Shown here: positions 1 to 9,119 of the stretch, one piece after another
Layout: every line of letters begins with the position of its first letter
Numbering within the stretch: the stretch's first letter is position 1
DNA from: an uncultured Clostridium sp.
GTDB lineage: Bacteria > Bacillota > Clostridia > Christensenellales > CAG-138
DNA length: 52,565 bases
Assembly: GCA_964546125.1 (NCBI GenBank)
Contig: CAZJIS010000001.1
Location: 7,571-60,135 of the forward strand
Reading direction: 5' to 3'
Translations under genes and position numbers: made by a program
The notes under the pieces: generated by a model
What the model saw: only the letters and a program-made list of their open reading frames with translations
Told to the model about the DNA's origin: nothing
Database searches by the model: none

Positions 1-26
1 CCGCAACAGGATTGCCGCGGAATGAT

Positions 27-1724
27 ATGTCCATGGATGGGCTTTGCCTGCACGCCGCAACGCGCGAGATCGAGCGCGCACTTCTAGGCGGCAGGATCGA
101 CAAAATTCAGCAGACCGAGCGGGACGAACTGATCCTTTCCGTTCGCAGCAACGGCGCGAACTACAGGCTTTTGCTCAACGCCTCGGCCGCCGATGCGCGC
201 GTGCAGCTGACGGACAGCAAAAAACAATCCCCGGCCGATGCGCCGGCATTTTGCATGCTTATGCGAAAGCGCATCACCGGCGGCAGGTTCCTTTCGTTTA
301 CACAGGAAAATATGGATCGCGTGCTCGCCATCGGCATCGAGGCTTCGAGCGAATTGGGCGACCCCGCGCGCTTCACGCTCTATTGCGAATTGATGGGCAA
401 ACACTCGAACATCATCCTCGCCGATGCGGGCGGGGTGGTGGTGGATGCGATCAAGCGCGTAGGGCTTTCGATGAGCGGCGCGCGGCCGATGCTGCCGGGC
501 CTTGCCTACACACCACCCCCATCGCAGGAAAAGCGCGACCCGCGCACGGTGCTGGAAGAGGATTTTCTAAGCGCAACGTCGGGTGCGGGCAATTCCGCGC
601 GCGCGCTTTCGCAGGCATTTTTTGGCCTTTCCCCGCAAACGGCACAACGGCTTATCGACCTTTGCGGCGTCGGGGGGCTCGCGCGCTTTTTTGGCGAATT
701 TGAAAAGAAGAATGGCGCCTGCATTCTCCTTGGCGAGGGCGGGGAGGCGCGCGATGTGCTGCCGTTTCACCCCGCGGGCGAGCCTTTTGAAAGCATGGCG
801 TCACTTGCGGCCGCTTTTGATGCGCTCTATTCCCGGCGCGAGGGCAGCGCATGGATCGCGCGGCATGGAGCGAGCGCACGCAAGGTGATTCAGAATAACA
901 TCGCACGCTGCGAGAAGAAGCTCGCGCTCTACGCGGACGCTCTCAACGACGCGGCGAGCATGGAAAAAAACCGCCTTTTTGGAGAACTTCTCACGGCAAA
1001 CCTCCACAGCCTGCGCGCGGGGGAAGCCGAGGCCGCGGTGTTAAATTATTATGAAGACCCGCCGGCTCCTGCGTGCATCCCGATGGACGCGCGGCTTACG
1101 CCGGGCGAGAACGCACAAAGGTATTACCGCAAATACCAAAAGCAAAAAGCCGCGCGCGACATGGCGCTCGTGCGGCGCGAGGAAGCGCTCGCGGAACTTT
1201 CCTATCTTGAGGGGCAGCTCGAGAACCTTTCGAACTGCACCGCGCAAAACGAGCTCGAGGAGCTTCTTGAGGAACTGCGCGCCGAGGGTTATTTAAAAAA
1301 AGAAAGGGGAGAACGCAAAAAACAAAAACTCCCCGCAACGAAGCCTATGCGCTTTTTCTCCTCCGACGGCATTGAAATGCTCGTCGGTAAAAACAACGCG
1401 CAGAACGACGCGCTCACGCTCAAAACGGCGCTGCCCAACGAAACATGGCTGCACGCAAAGAACATGCCCGGCTCGCATGTGATTATCCGCCGCGAGGGGG
1501 AGCCGCCCGAGCGCACGCTGCGCGAGGCGGCGGTGCTCGCCGCCTTTTATAGCAAGGCGCGGGGCAGCGAGAATGTGCCCATCGACTACACGCCCCGTAA
1601 ATTCGTGAAGAAACCCGCGGGGGCAAAGCCCGGCATGGTCATCTACACGACCAACCGCACGCTTTACGTCACGCCCGACGAAGCGCTCATAAAGCGCATG
1701 CGCGAGGCGGCACAAGGTGAATGA
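27..1724 (+). CDS. rqcH: Ribosome quality-control factor RqcH / fibronectin-binding protein A family (NFACT)
   Basis: The ORF opens at 12 (TTG). The ATG at 27 gives MSMDGL..., like B. subtilis YloA/RqcH (MSFDGL). It has a long coiled-coil middle and a C-terminal NFACT-R/DUF814-like motif GKNNAQNDALT...HAKNMPGSHVII. The start is uncertain because the window begins just upstream. Confidence 0.88.
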   Translation: MSMDGLCLHAATREIERALLGGRIDKIQQTERDELILSVRSNGANYRLLLNASAADARVQLTDSKKQSPADAPAFCMLMRKRITGGRFLSFTQENMDRVLAIGIEASSELGDPARFTLYCELMGKHSNIILADAGGVVVDAIKRVGLSMSGARPMLPGLAYTPPPSQEKRDPRTVLEEDFLSATSGAGNSARALSQAFFGLSPQTAQRLIDLCGVGGLARFFGEFEKKNGACILLGEGGEARDVLPFHPAGEPFESMASLAAAFDALYSRREGSAWIARHGASARKVIQNNIARCEKKLALYADALNDAASMEKNRLFGELLTANLHSLRAGEAEAAVLNYYEDPPAPACIPMDARLTPGENAQRYYRKYQKQKAARDMALVRREEALAELSYLEGQLENLSNCTAQNELEELLEELRAEGYLKKERGERKKQKLPATKPMRFFSSDGIEMLVGKNNAQNDALTLKTALPNETWLHAKNMPGSHVIIRREGEPPERTLREAAVLAAFYSKARGSENVPIDYTPRKFVKKPAGAKPGMVIYTTNRTLYVTPDEALIKRMREAAQGE

Positions 1725-1774
1725 ACCCGATGTTTGCGGAATAAAAATAGGTATCACGCAAACGGAGGGATATC

Positions 1775-2740
1775 ATGAAAAAGGCATTGCGCCATGCTGC
1801 AGCCCTCGCGCTCATTGCAGCGTTTTTGATGTGCTTTGCGGCCTGTGCCGGGAAGGGGGACATCGACGATCCGGTCGATGAAACTTCTGCGGGCGCGGGC
1901 GGGTACGCGGGCTACCGGGAAACCGTCCTATACTACCTTTCCGACGACGGATTCGTCGTGCCGGTGATGCGCAGCATCCCGTGGGAAGAGGGCATCGGCA
2001 AAGCCGCGCTCTCCTATTTGGTCGACACGCCCGAAAACCGCGCGGCCACAGGCGAGAGGGGGCTTAATGCGCTGATCCCCGCCGGTACGAGCTACACGCT
2101 GCGCATCGGGGACGACGGTGTGGCCACGGTGGATCTCATCGGCCTTTCGGCAAGCCGCGATGCTGTGAGCGAGCAGGCGATGGTTGAGGCGATCGTCAAC
2201 ACGCTCGCCGAATTCGCGCGCATCGATAAGGTGTCGATCACCATCAACGGCAAGAAGACGAGCGAGCTGCCGTTTGGCACGCGCCTTACGGAGGCTATGG
2301 CGCCTTTTTCGCTCAATGCCGAAGATGGCGAGGTGCAAACCTCAACGGAGGGGGCAAGCGCGCTTACGCTCTACTTCCCGAACCTCACGGGGAGCCTCAA
2401 CGTGCCCGTCACGCGCTATGTCGTGGGGACGGCCACAGCCGAGGGTATCGTAGCGGAACTTCTTGCCGGGCCGCAGGCCGAGGGCCTGCGCAACTGCTTC
2501 CCGGAGGGGACGGCGCTGCGCTCCGTGGCGGTGGAAGCAGGGGCGGCTACAGTCGACTTGAGCGGCGAGTTCTTAAGCGCGAAATACACCGAAGGGTTGC
2601 CCGAGGCAGCCTATGAAACGCTGTTTTTGACCCTGCACGAGGCGCTCGGTATCGCGCGGCTGGAGCTTTTGGTCGAAGGGAAGCCCGCCGAGATCGTCGC
2701 TGCGGTTTCGGCGCCCGTATTCGCCAACGAATTCCGTTAA
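1775..2740 (+). CDS. gerM: GerM-like sporulation/germination lipoprotein (two GerMN-type repeats)
   Basis: GGAGGG RBS. Lipoprotein signal with lipobox (LMCFAAC/AGKG). Two repeated modules (...ATVDLIGL... / ...ATVDLSGEF...). It sits upstream of rdgB, as gerM does in B. subtilis. Confidence 0.75.
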   Translation: MKKALRHAAALALIAAFLMCFAACAGKGDIDDPVDETSAGAGGYAGYRETVLYYLSDDGFVVPVMRSIPWEEGIGKAALSYLVDTPENRAATGERGLNALIPAGTSYTLRIGDDGVATVDLIGLSASRDAVSEQAMVEAIVNTLAEFARIDKVSITINGKKTSELPFGTRLTEAMAPFSLNAEDGEVQTSTEGASALTLYFPNLTGSLNVPVTRYVVGTATAEGIVAELLAGPQAEGLRNCFPEGTALRSVAVEAGAATVDLSGEFLSAKYTEGLPEAAYETLFLTLHEALGIARLELLVEGKPAEIVAAVSAPVFANEFR

Positions 2741-2769
2741 ACCCATTGCATTTACAAAGGAGAAACGCG

Positions 2770-3372
2770 ATGAAACTTGTGATCGCATCCAACAACGCGC
2801 ACAAAACCGCCGAGATCAAGGCGATCCTCGGCGGTTATTTCGATGAGATCCTCTCCCTCGCCGAAGCGGGGATCAGTGCGGACGTTGTGGAGGACGGCGA
2901 AACCTTTGAAGCAAACGCCCTCAAAAAGGCGGTGGAAGTGCTCCGCATCGCGGACGCCGACGCCGTCCTTTCGGATGACAGCGGCCTGGCCGTGGATGCG
3001 CTTTCCGGCGCGCCGGGGGTCTACAGCGCGCGCTACGCGGGCGAAGGGCACGACGATGAAGCCAACAACGATAAGCTGCTCCAAACGATGGAAAACGTGC
3101 CGGATGAGGCGCGCACCTGCCGCTTTGTGAGCGCTGTGGCACTTGCGAGGCAAGGGAAAGCGCCCATCGTATGCCGGGGCGAGGCCGAGGGCGTTCTCTT
3201 GCGCGCGCGCGCGGGGAAACTCGGCTTTGGCTACGACCCGCTGTTCTATTACCCGCCGCTTGGGAAAACGTTTGCACAGATGGACGCCGAAGAGAAAAAC
3301 GCCGTCAGCCACCGCAAGCGCGCGCTCGAAGCGCTGCGTGATGCGCTCGAGCATGAGGAGAACGCCCGATGA
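2770..3372 (+). CDS. rdgB: dITP/XTP pyrophosphatase (RdgB/HAM1 family)
   Basis: The ATG at 2770 follows an AAAGGAG RBS (the track ORF starts 8 codons earlier). N-terminus MKLVIASNNAHKTAEIK. Motifs GFGYDPLF and SHR. Confidence 0.92.
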   Translation: MKLVIASNNAHKTAEIKAILGGYFDEILSLAEAGISADVVEDGETFEANALKKAVEVLRIADADAVLSDDSGLAVDALSGAPGVYSARYAGEGHDDEANNDKLLQTMENVPDEARTCRFVSAVALARQGKAPIVCRGEAEGVLLRARAGKLGFGYDPLFYYPPLGKTFAQMDAEEKNAVSHRKRALEALRDALEHEENAR

Positions 3373-3842
3373 GGGTGCTCGTTATGGCCGACAGCCACGG
3401 CAGCCTCGGGGAGATGCGCCTTGGGCTTCGGGCGGCAGGGGAGATCGATTGCGCGATCCACCTTGGCGACTTTGCCTCCGACGCGCGCGCCCTCGAAAGG
3501 CTTGCAGATGTCCCCGTTTACGCGGTGCGCGGCAATTGCGACTTCGGGGCGGATCTGCCCGCCGAAACGGTCGTCACGCTCGGCGGCGTGCGCCTCTTTG
3601 CCGCCCATGGCCACACCTTCGATGTGCGCTTTAGCGTTGATGCACTTGCCGCGCGCGCCGAGGCCCTTGGGTGCGCCGTCGCTCTCTACGGGCACACGCA
3701 TGTGTCCATGCTCGAAGCGCAGGGGAAGCTTTTGATTCTCAACCCCGGCAGCCCCAAGCTGCCGCGCGGGGGGCGCAGGCGTTCGGTCGCGGTGCTCAGC
3801 ATCGAGGCCGGCGAAGTTTTCCCGCAGATCGTCACGTTCTGA
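3369..3842 (+). CDS. YfcE/YsnB-type metallophosphoesterase (MJ0936 family)
   Basis: ATGA overlap with the rdgB stop. Phosphoesterase motifs VMADSHG, GNCD, AAHGHTF and YGHTH. Same position as ysnB after ysnA(rdgB) in B. subtilis. Confidence 0.85.
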   Translation: MRVLVMADSHGSLGEMRLGLRAAGEIDCAIHLGDFASDARALERLADVPVYAVRGNCDFGADLPAETVVTLGGVRLFAAHGHTFDVRFSVDALAARAEALGCAVALYGHTHVSMLEAQGKLLILNPGSPKLPRGGRRRSVAVLSIEAGEVFPQIVTF

Positions 3843-3845
3843 ATA

Positions 3846-4667
3846 TCAGGCGTGGTGCCGCCAAGAAGCAAGGCGCTTTTCCATATAGGCAACGCCGTAA
3901 TACATGAGTGCCGCCAGCGCGCACAGCACCACGATGCTCGCCATCACAAGGTCGAGCTTAAATACCTGTCCGCCGTAGACGATGAGATAGCCGAGTCCCG
4001 CTTTTGAAACGAGGTATTCCCCGACGATCACGCCCACCCAACTCATACCCACGCTCAGCTTGAGCGCGTTCATGATCGTGGGCACGGAGGCGGGGAAGAC
4101 CACCTTAGAGAAAATCTGCCACTTCGTGGCTCCGAGGGTTCGCATTAAAAGCTGTTTGCTGCCGGTGATTTCATTAAAGCCCGCGAGCACGCTCATGATA
4201 GTGACCACGAGCGAGACGAGCAGCGCCATCACGATGATGCTCTCGATACCCGCGCCGAACCACACAATAAGGATCGGGCTGAGCGCAATCTTTGGCAGCG
4301 CGTTGAGCACCACGAGGTAGGGGTCGAGGATGCGCGAGAGCGTGGGGCTCCACCACAGCACGATCGCTGTGAATGTACCGAGCGCCGTGCCGAGCAAGAA
4401 ACCGATGACGGTTTCAAGCAGCGTGACGCCGATGTGCAAAAAAAGCTCTCCGCCGCCATAAAGCCGCGCGATGGTCGCTGCGACCCGCGCGGGCGAGCTG
4501 CCGATGAACGGGTCGATCACGCCGATGCGGGCGAAAAGCTCCCAGCAGCCGATAAGTAGGACAAGCAGCGCGCAGCGTGCAGCGGTCACAAGGCGCTTGC
4601 GTCTTTTAAGCTTTTTGATAAAAAGCGCGTGTTCCTGTGAACAGGCGGCCGTTGATTCAGTTTTCAC
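3846..4667 (-). CDS. ABC transporter permease, NitT/TauT (SsuC/TauC-like) family
   Basis: Polytopic BPD-type permease (…LNALPKIALSPILIVWFG…, …MRTLGATKWQIF…). I prefer the GTG at 4667, which follows GGAG and overlaps the ATPase stop. The track start at 4748 would overlap the ATPase by 90 nt. Confidence 0.8.
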   Translation of the reverse strand: MKTESTAACSQEHALFIKKLKRRKRLVTAARCALLVLLIGCWELFARIGVIDPFIGSSPARVAATIARLYGGGELFLHIGVTLLETVIGFLLGTALGTFTAIVLWWSPTLSRILDPYLVVLNALPKIALSPILIVWFGAGIESIIVMALLVSLVVTIMSVLAGFNEITGSKQLLMRTLGATKWQIFSKVVFPASVPTIMNALKLSVGMSWVGVIVGEYLVSKAGLGYLIVYGGQVFKLDLVMASIVVLCALAALMYYGVAYMEKRLASWRHHA

Positions 4668-5418
4668 CGATCTCCAGCTCCTTCCATATCCGATCGAAAT
4701 AATCTTTGAACTCCGGGGCTTTGCGCCGCTCAATCGGCGTTTCTCCATAGCTTAGCGCAATCATGTGCTCATTCTTGAGCCGCGCCGGCCGTTTGGTAAA
4801 AACGAGCACGCGGTCGCTCATGGAAATAGCCTCGGATATATCGTGCGTGACGAGGATAGCGGTCTTGTTTTCTTTTTTAATGATATCGTAGACCTCGTCG
4901 CTCAGACGCAGGCGCGTCTGAAAGTCGAGCGAGGAAAAAGGTTCGTCGAGCAGCAGCACGTCCGCGCGGGTCGCCAGCGTGCGGATCAGCGCGACTTTCT
5001 GGCGCATGCCGCCTGAGAGCTGGCGCGGGTAATGCTTGCTGAAATCCGCCAGGCCATAAGTTTCTAAGAGGGCGAGCGCGGAACGCTTCGTTTGTTCGTT
5101 AAGCGTGCGCTGCACCTCGAGGCCAAGCATGATGTTTCCCTCGATGTTGCGCCAATCGAGCAGGTGATCCCGCTGGAGCATGTAGCCCGGCTTGCAGCCA
5201 TCGGTATAAATGGTTCCCGCCGAGGGTTCGATGATCCCGGCGATCAGCGAGAGAACGCTCGTTTTCCCGCAGCCCGAGGGGCCGACGACGGAAACGAACT
5301 CGCCGCGCCTCACCTGCATCGAAAGATGCTCGACAGCCGGCGTTTCTCCGCTTTGTTCATGATAAATCAAACTCACATCGTTGAGAGCAACGACAATCTC
5401 CTCCATACGCGCCTCCAT
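4657..5418 (-). CDS. ABC transporter ATP-binding protein, NitT/TauT (SsuB/TauB-like) family
   Basis: Walker A GPSGCGKTS, signature LSGGMRQKV, Walker B LLLDEPFS. The ATG at 5418 follows a GAGGGGGGA purine run. The 163 upstream codons in the track ORF cross the rpmB terminator and the rpmB CDS. Confidence 0.88.
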   Translation of the reverse strand: MEARMEEIVVALNDVSLIYHEQSGETPAVEHLSMQVRRGEFVSVVGPSGCGKTSVLSLIAGIIEPSAGTIYTDGCKPGYMLQRDHLLDWRNIEGNIMLGLEVQRTLNEQTKRSALALLETYGLADFSKHYPRQLSGGMRQKVALIRTLATRADVLLLDEPFSSLDFQTRLRLSDEVYDIIKKENKTAILVTHDISEAISMSDRVLVFTKRPARLKNEHMIALSYGETPIERRKAPEFKDYFDRIWKELEIGEN

Positions 5419-5684
5419 GCAACCATTGTATTCCCCCCTCGACGTTCGGGTGAACATGCACGCCCGCCGCCGCGTACTATAAACCATGAAAGGCGTGATG
5501 CTTATGCGGACGAGGCCCGCAATGATCTGTGTACGAAGGGGGCGCATCCGGCGGAAGACGGCGCGGTGCGCACTGGTATTTGCGGCGGTCGCATTGCTGC
5601 TGCTGTGCTGCGGCGTGAATTTTTTGCTCTCACTGCTGTGCGCGGGGGGGAGCGTCATCATCATGCAGGTGTTTGTTTTCAGAT

Positions 5685-5711
5685 GAAAAAAGCCCCGCTT
5701 CGAGCGGGGCT
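5685..5711 (-). terminator. Rho-independent terminator of rpmB
   Basis: On the minus strand: AGCCCCGCT-CGA-AGCGGGGCT stem-loop followed by a T6 run, 25 nt after the rpmB stop. Confidence 0.8.
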
Positions 5712-5735
5712 TCGTGCGCTTTGCTGAAAAGGGAA

Positions 5736-5927
5736 TCAGACGCTGCGCTCTACCTTGCCGGAGCGAAGGCAGCGGGTGCAAACGTTCATCTTGCGCGTCG
5801 TGCCGTTGACGACCGCACGGACGCTCTGGATGTTGGGCGCCCAGGTGCGCCTGGTCTTCCTGTTGGAATGGCTGACCAGATTGCCGGACATCATGCCCTT
5901 GTTGCAAACCTCACAAAACTTGGCCAT
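5736..5927 (-). CDS. rpmB: 50S ribosomal protein L28
   Basis: 63 aa, MAKFCEVCNKGMMSGNLVSHSNRKTRRTWAPNIQ.... GGAGGTG RBS. Only the last 63 codons of the 436-aa track ORF are real. Confidence 0.95.
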   Translation of the reverse strand: MAKFCEVCNKGMMSGNLVSHSNRKTRRTWAPNIQSVRAVVNGTTRKMNVCTRCLRSGKVERSV

Positions 5928-5979
5928 ACTGTACACCTCCTTACCGACTGTAAGCGTAGCATTTCGATCAAACATTGCT

Positions 5980-6008
5980 ATTATAGCGGAAAGAATATGC
6001 ATTTGCAA
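5980..6008 (-). promoter_or_regulatory. Sigma-A type promoter for rpmB
   Basis: Minus strand reads TTGCAA-17 nt-TATAAT, about 50 nt upstream of the rpmB ATG. Confidence 0.65.
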
Positions 6009-6063
6009 CAACAAAATTGCGGAATTTGAGCGGAAGGCCGCGCCGTACCCGAAAGCTGCGCGC

Positions 6064-6092
6064 TTGCGAGTTTGCGCGAAATGCTTTATGAT
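6064..6092 (+). promoter_or_regulatory. Sigma-A type promoter for prmA operon
   Basis: TTGCGA-17 nt-TATGAT, 28 nt upstream of the prmA ATG and divergent from the rpmB promoter. Confidence 0.55.
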
Positions 6093-6119
6093 AAAAGCTG
6101 CAAAAAAGGAGAGAAGCCT

Positions 6120-7091
6120 ATGAAATGGACGGAGATTACGATCTTTGCCGATGAGGAGGGCCTCGATGCGGTCGCGGGCAGGCTCGCGATGCTGGGCGTG
6201 GAGCAGGCCGTCATCGAACAGGGGCGGGAGGAGATCGAAGCGTTTTTGCGCGACACCGCCAAATATTGGGACTTTGCCGACCTTGACGCCGTTTGCTCGG
6301 ACGAGCCCTGCGTCAAGGCCTATGTCGCCGATATTGCCGAAAACGAAGCGCTCATTAAAGAAATTCATGCTTCGTTCCGGGCGCTCAAAAAAGAGGATCA
6401 AGAGGGGACGCTCGGCACGCTGCGCATACTCACGCGCGTTGTCGATGATGAGGACTGGGCCAACAGCTGGAAGGCGCATTACAAGCCTTTTCCCGTGGGG
6501 GAGAAGCTGATGATCCGTCCCTCGTGGGAACAGACGGATACGCCCGAAGGCCGCATCGTCCTTTCGCTCGACCCGGGCATGGCATTCGGCTCGGGCACGC
6601 ACGAAACCACGCGCATGTGCCTCGAGGCGCTGCAGGCACACACGAAAGAGGGAATGCAGGCGCTTGATCTTGGCTGCGGCAGCGGCATCTTGGCGATTGC
6701 GGCGCTGCTGCTGGGCGCAAAAAGCGCGACGCTTGTGGACATCGACCCCGTGGCCCAAAAGGTCGCCGCGGAAAACGCACGCATGAACGGCATTGCGAAA
6801 GATCGCTATGAGATTTTGATCGGCGACGCGCTTAGCGATCAAACCCTGCGCGCGCGCCTTGCGCACAAGCGCTATGATCTTATCACGGCGAACATCGTCG
6901 CCTCGGTCATCATTGCCCTCGCGCCGCTGGTGCGGGAGATGCTCGCGGAGGATGGCGTTTTCATTGCCTCCGGCATCATCGACGAACGGCTGGCCGAAGT
7001 GCTTGCGGCGCTCGACGCGCACGGCTTTGAGGTCTTCGAGGTGCATGAAGATGAAAACTGGCGGCAGCTTGCGGCGGGGCGAAAGGCATGA
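6120..7091 (+). CDS. prmA: Ribosomal protein L11 methyltransferase
   Basis: The ATG at 6120 follows AAAGGAGAG. N-terminus MKWTEITIF.... SAM motif DLGCGSGILAIAA. prmA-rsmE-mtaB order as in B. subtilis yqeT-U-V. Confidence 0.92.
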   Translation: MKWTEITIFADEEGLDAVAGRLAMLGVEQAVIEQGREEIEAFLRDTAKYWDFADLDAVCSDEPCVKAYVADIAENEALIKEIHASFRALKKEDQEGTLGTLRILTRVVDDEDWANSWKAHYKPFPVGEKLMIRPSWEQTDTPEGRIVLSLDPGMAFGSGTHETTRMCLEALQAHTKEGMQALDLGCGSGILAIAALLLGAKSATLVDIDPVAQKVAAENARMNGIAKDRYEILIGDALSDQTLRARLAHKRYDLITANIVASVIIALAPLVREMLAEDGVFIASGIIDERLAEVLAALDAHGFEVFEVHEDENWRQLAAGRKA

Positions 7092-7822
7092 ACCGCTTTT
7101 TCATCAATAAAGAGGAGATCGTCGGAGGCCGCGCGCGCATCTTTGGGGAGGACGCAAAGCACATTGCTTCCGTGCTGCGCCTTTCGCGCGGAGATGAACT
7201 GCTTTTGTGCGATGGCGGGGGGCAGGAATACCCCGCGCGCATCGAGGCTGCGGATAAGGAAAGCGTGCGCGTGGAGATCCTCTCGCAGCGGCGTGCGCAG
7301 GCGGAGCCTCGGACGCGCGTCACGCTCTTTCAGGGGCTACCGAAGGCGGGCAAGCTCGAAACCATCATTCAAAAATGCGTGGAACTTGGCGTGAGTTCAA
7401 TCGTGCCGGTGCTTGCCAAGCGCAGCGTTGTGCGGCTCACGGGCGGGGAGTTTGAACCTAAGCGCGCACGTTACCGGCGCGTTGCTTATGAGGCGGCCAA
7501 ACAATCCGGGCGCGGGGTCGTGCCCGAAATCGGCGCGCTTATAGAGATCGACAAGATCGACCCCGCGGCGTTCGACGCGTTTTTTGTGCCTTATGAGGGG
7601 GAAACCGAGCAGAGCCTCAAGCAGGCGCTGCGAAAGTTTTGCGGCGCGCGAAACGTGGGCGTCGCCATCGGGCCGGAGGGCGGCTTTGATCCCGAGGAGG
7701 TGCGCATGCTCAAAGAAAAGGGTGCGCAGTGCGTGACGCTCGGTCCCCGCATTTTACGCACGGAAACCGCGGGGCCGGCGGTCGTTGCGATGCTGCTCTA
7801 TGAATGGGAGGATGATGCATGA
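7088..7822 (+). CDS. rsmE: 16S rRNA (uracil1498-N3)-methyltransferase RsmE
   Basis: ATGA overlap with prmA. PUA-like N-terminus (RFF...HI..VLR) and SPOUT C-terminus (IGPEGGF...E, LGPRILRTETA). Confidence 0.9.
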   Translation: MNRFFINKEEIVGGRARIFGEDAKHIASVLRLSRGDELLLCDGGGQEYPARIEAADKESVRVEILSQRRAQAEPRTRVTLFQGLPKAGKLETIIQKCVELGVSSIVPVLAKRSVVRLTGGEFEPKRARYRRVAYEAAKQSGRGVVPEIGALIEIDKIDPAAFDAFFVPYEGETEQSLKQALRKFCGARNVGVAIGPEGGFDPEEVRMLKEKGAQCVTLGPRILRTETAGPAVVAMLLYEWEDDA

Positions 7823-9105
7823 GGGTTGCTTTTTGTACCCTTGGCTGCAAGGTCAACCAATATGATACAGACGCCATGCGCGCGCTGTTTGAAAAGGCGG
7901 GCCACGAGGTGGTCGCTTTCGAGGAGGCGGCGGATGTTTACATCGTCAACACCTGCACGGTGACGGCGGTCGGCGACCAAAAATCCCGGCAGATGGTCTC
8001 CCGCGCGCACGCGCGCGCACCGAAGGCTTCGGTGATCGTCGCCGGGTGCTACGCGCAAAACGACCCGGCGGCGGCATCTGCCCTGCCGGGGGTCGCCGCG
8101 ATTGCGGGCACGGCCGAGCGGGCGAACATCGTAGAGCTTGCGGAATCCGTGCTCGCCGGGGTACGCCGGGGGCAGGTAAATGCGTTTCGCGCCCGTGAAC
8201 CCTTTGAAGAGCTTGATGTTTCCCGCGAGGGGCGCACGCGGGCCTACCTCAAAATTCAGGATGGGTGCGACCGCTATTGCGCCTATTGCATCATCCCCTA
8301 TGTGCGCGGGCCGGTGCGCAGCCGCTCGCTTGCGGACATCGCGCGCCAGCTTGCGGCGCTTGAGGCGGAGGGCTACAAGGAGATTGTCTTGACCGGCATC
8401 CACCTGATGAGCTACGGCAAGGATCTTGAGGGCGTGAGTCTTCTTGATGCGATCGCCGCCGCCGATGCTTTTTCTGGCATCCGCCGCATCCGCCTCGGCT
8501 CGCTCGAGCCGCAGCTTTTTTCGCAGACGTTCGTCGCTTCCCTCGCCGCAAACCCAAAAATCTGCCGCCAGTTTCACCTCTCGCTGCAAAGCGGCAGCGC
8601 GGGCGTGCTCGCCCGCATGGGCAGGCGCTATACGCCCGAGGATTACCGGCGCTGCGTTGCGATGCTGCGCCAAAAGATGCCCGGCTGCGCGATTACGACC
8701 GACCTCATCGCGGGCTTTCCCGGCGAGAGCGAAGAAGAGTTTGAAGAAACGCTGCGTTTTGCCCAAGAGATCGCGCTCGCGCGCATCCACGCTTTTCCCT
8801 ATTCAAAGCGCAAAGGCACGCGCGCCTGGGACATGCCGGGCCATGTGAGCGCTGAAGTGAAAAAAGCGCGTACGGCGCGCCTTATCGCGCTTGGGCGCGA
8901 ATGCGAGGCGGCGTTTGCAAAAAGCCATTTGGGCAAAGCCGAAGAAGCCCTTTTTGAGGAGCGCCGCGGCGCATACCTCGTGGGCCGCACGGGGAGCTAT
9001 GTGCGCGTGCGCGTGAAAACCGAAGAAACGCTCGAGGGCGAAATCGCAAAGGTGCGCATTACGGCGGCGCATGGCGCGGCGCTCGAGGGAACAATCATAG
9101 AATAA
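7819..9105 (+). CDS. mtaB: tRNA (t6A37) methylthiotransferase MtaB (radical SAM)
   Basis: N-terminal MTTase domain (FCTLGCKVNQYD, VNTCTVT). Radical-SAM motif GCDRYCAYCIIP. C-terminal TRAM domain. ATGA overlap with rsmE. Confidence 0.9.
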   Translation: MRVAFCTLGCKVNQYDTDAMRALFEKAGHEVVAFEEAADVYIVNTCTVTAVGDQKSRQMVSRAHARAPKASVIVAGCYAQNDPAAASALPGVAAIAGTAERANIVELAESVLAGVRRGQVNAFRAREPFEELDVSREGRTRAYLKIQDGCDRYCAYCIIPYVRGPVRSRSLADIARQLAALEAEGYKEIVLTGIHLMSYGKDLEGVSLLDAIAAADAFSGIRRIRLGSLEPQLFSQTFVASLAANPKICRQFHLSLQSGSAGVLARMGRRYTPEDYRRCVAMLRQKMPGCAITTDLIAGFPGESEEEFEETLRFAQEIALARIHAFPYSKRKGTRAWDMPGHVSAEVKKARTARLIALGRECEAAFAKSHLGKAEEALFEERRGAYLVGRTGSYVRVRVKTEETLEGEIAKVRITAAHGAALEGTIIE

Positions 9106-9119
9106 GAAAGGGAGAAGAG

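Noticed and set aside
5419-5684. Possible TPP riboswitch or T-box in the transporter leader (fragments such as GTGAGAG, AATACCAGTGCG, AGTACGCGG)
   Set aside because: Only isolated fragments resemble the conserved cores. The CUGAGA...ACCUGAUCUGGAUAAUGCCAGCG arrangement of the TPP element is not present. Neither is the GGUGGUACCGCG T-box sequence with its terminator/antiterminator. No class could be assigned by eye.
5486-5686. 66-aa + strand ORF with a basic N-terminus and hydrophobic C-terminus (possible small membrane protein)
   Set aside because: It has no Shine-Dalgarno sequence, it is antisense to the transporter leader, and it ends inside the rpmB terminator. There is no supporting motif.
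5419-5907. N-terminal 163 codons of the 416-aa ABC ATPase ORF
   Set aside because: The extension crosses the rpmB terminator and the rpmB coding sequence. The ABC domain begins right after the ATG at 5418, which has a strong RBS. The part from 5419 to 5664 is kept as an open question in the findings.
5736-7046. 436-aa minus-strand ORF
   Set aside because: Only its last 63 codons (5736-5927) are real (rpmB, with its own RBS and promoter). The rest is an antisense read-through of prmA and the intergenic region.
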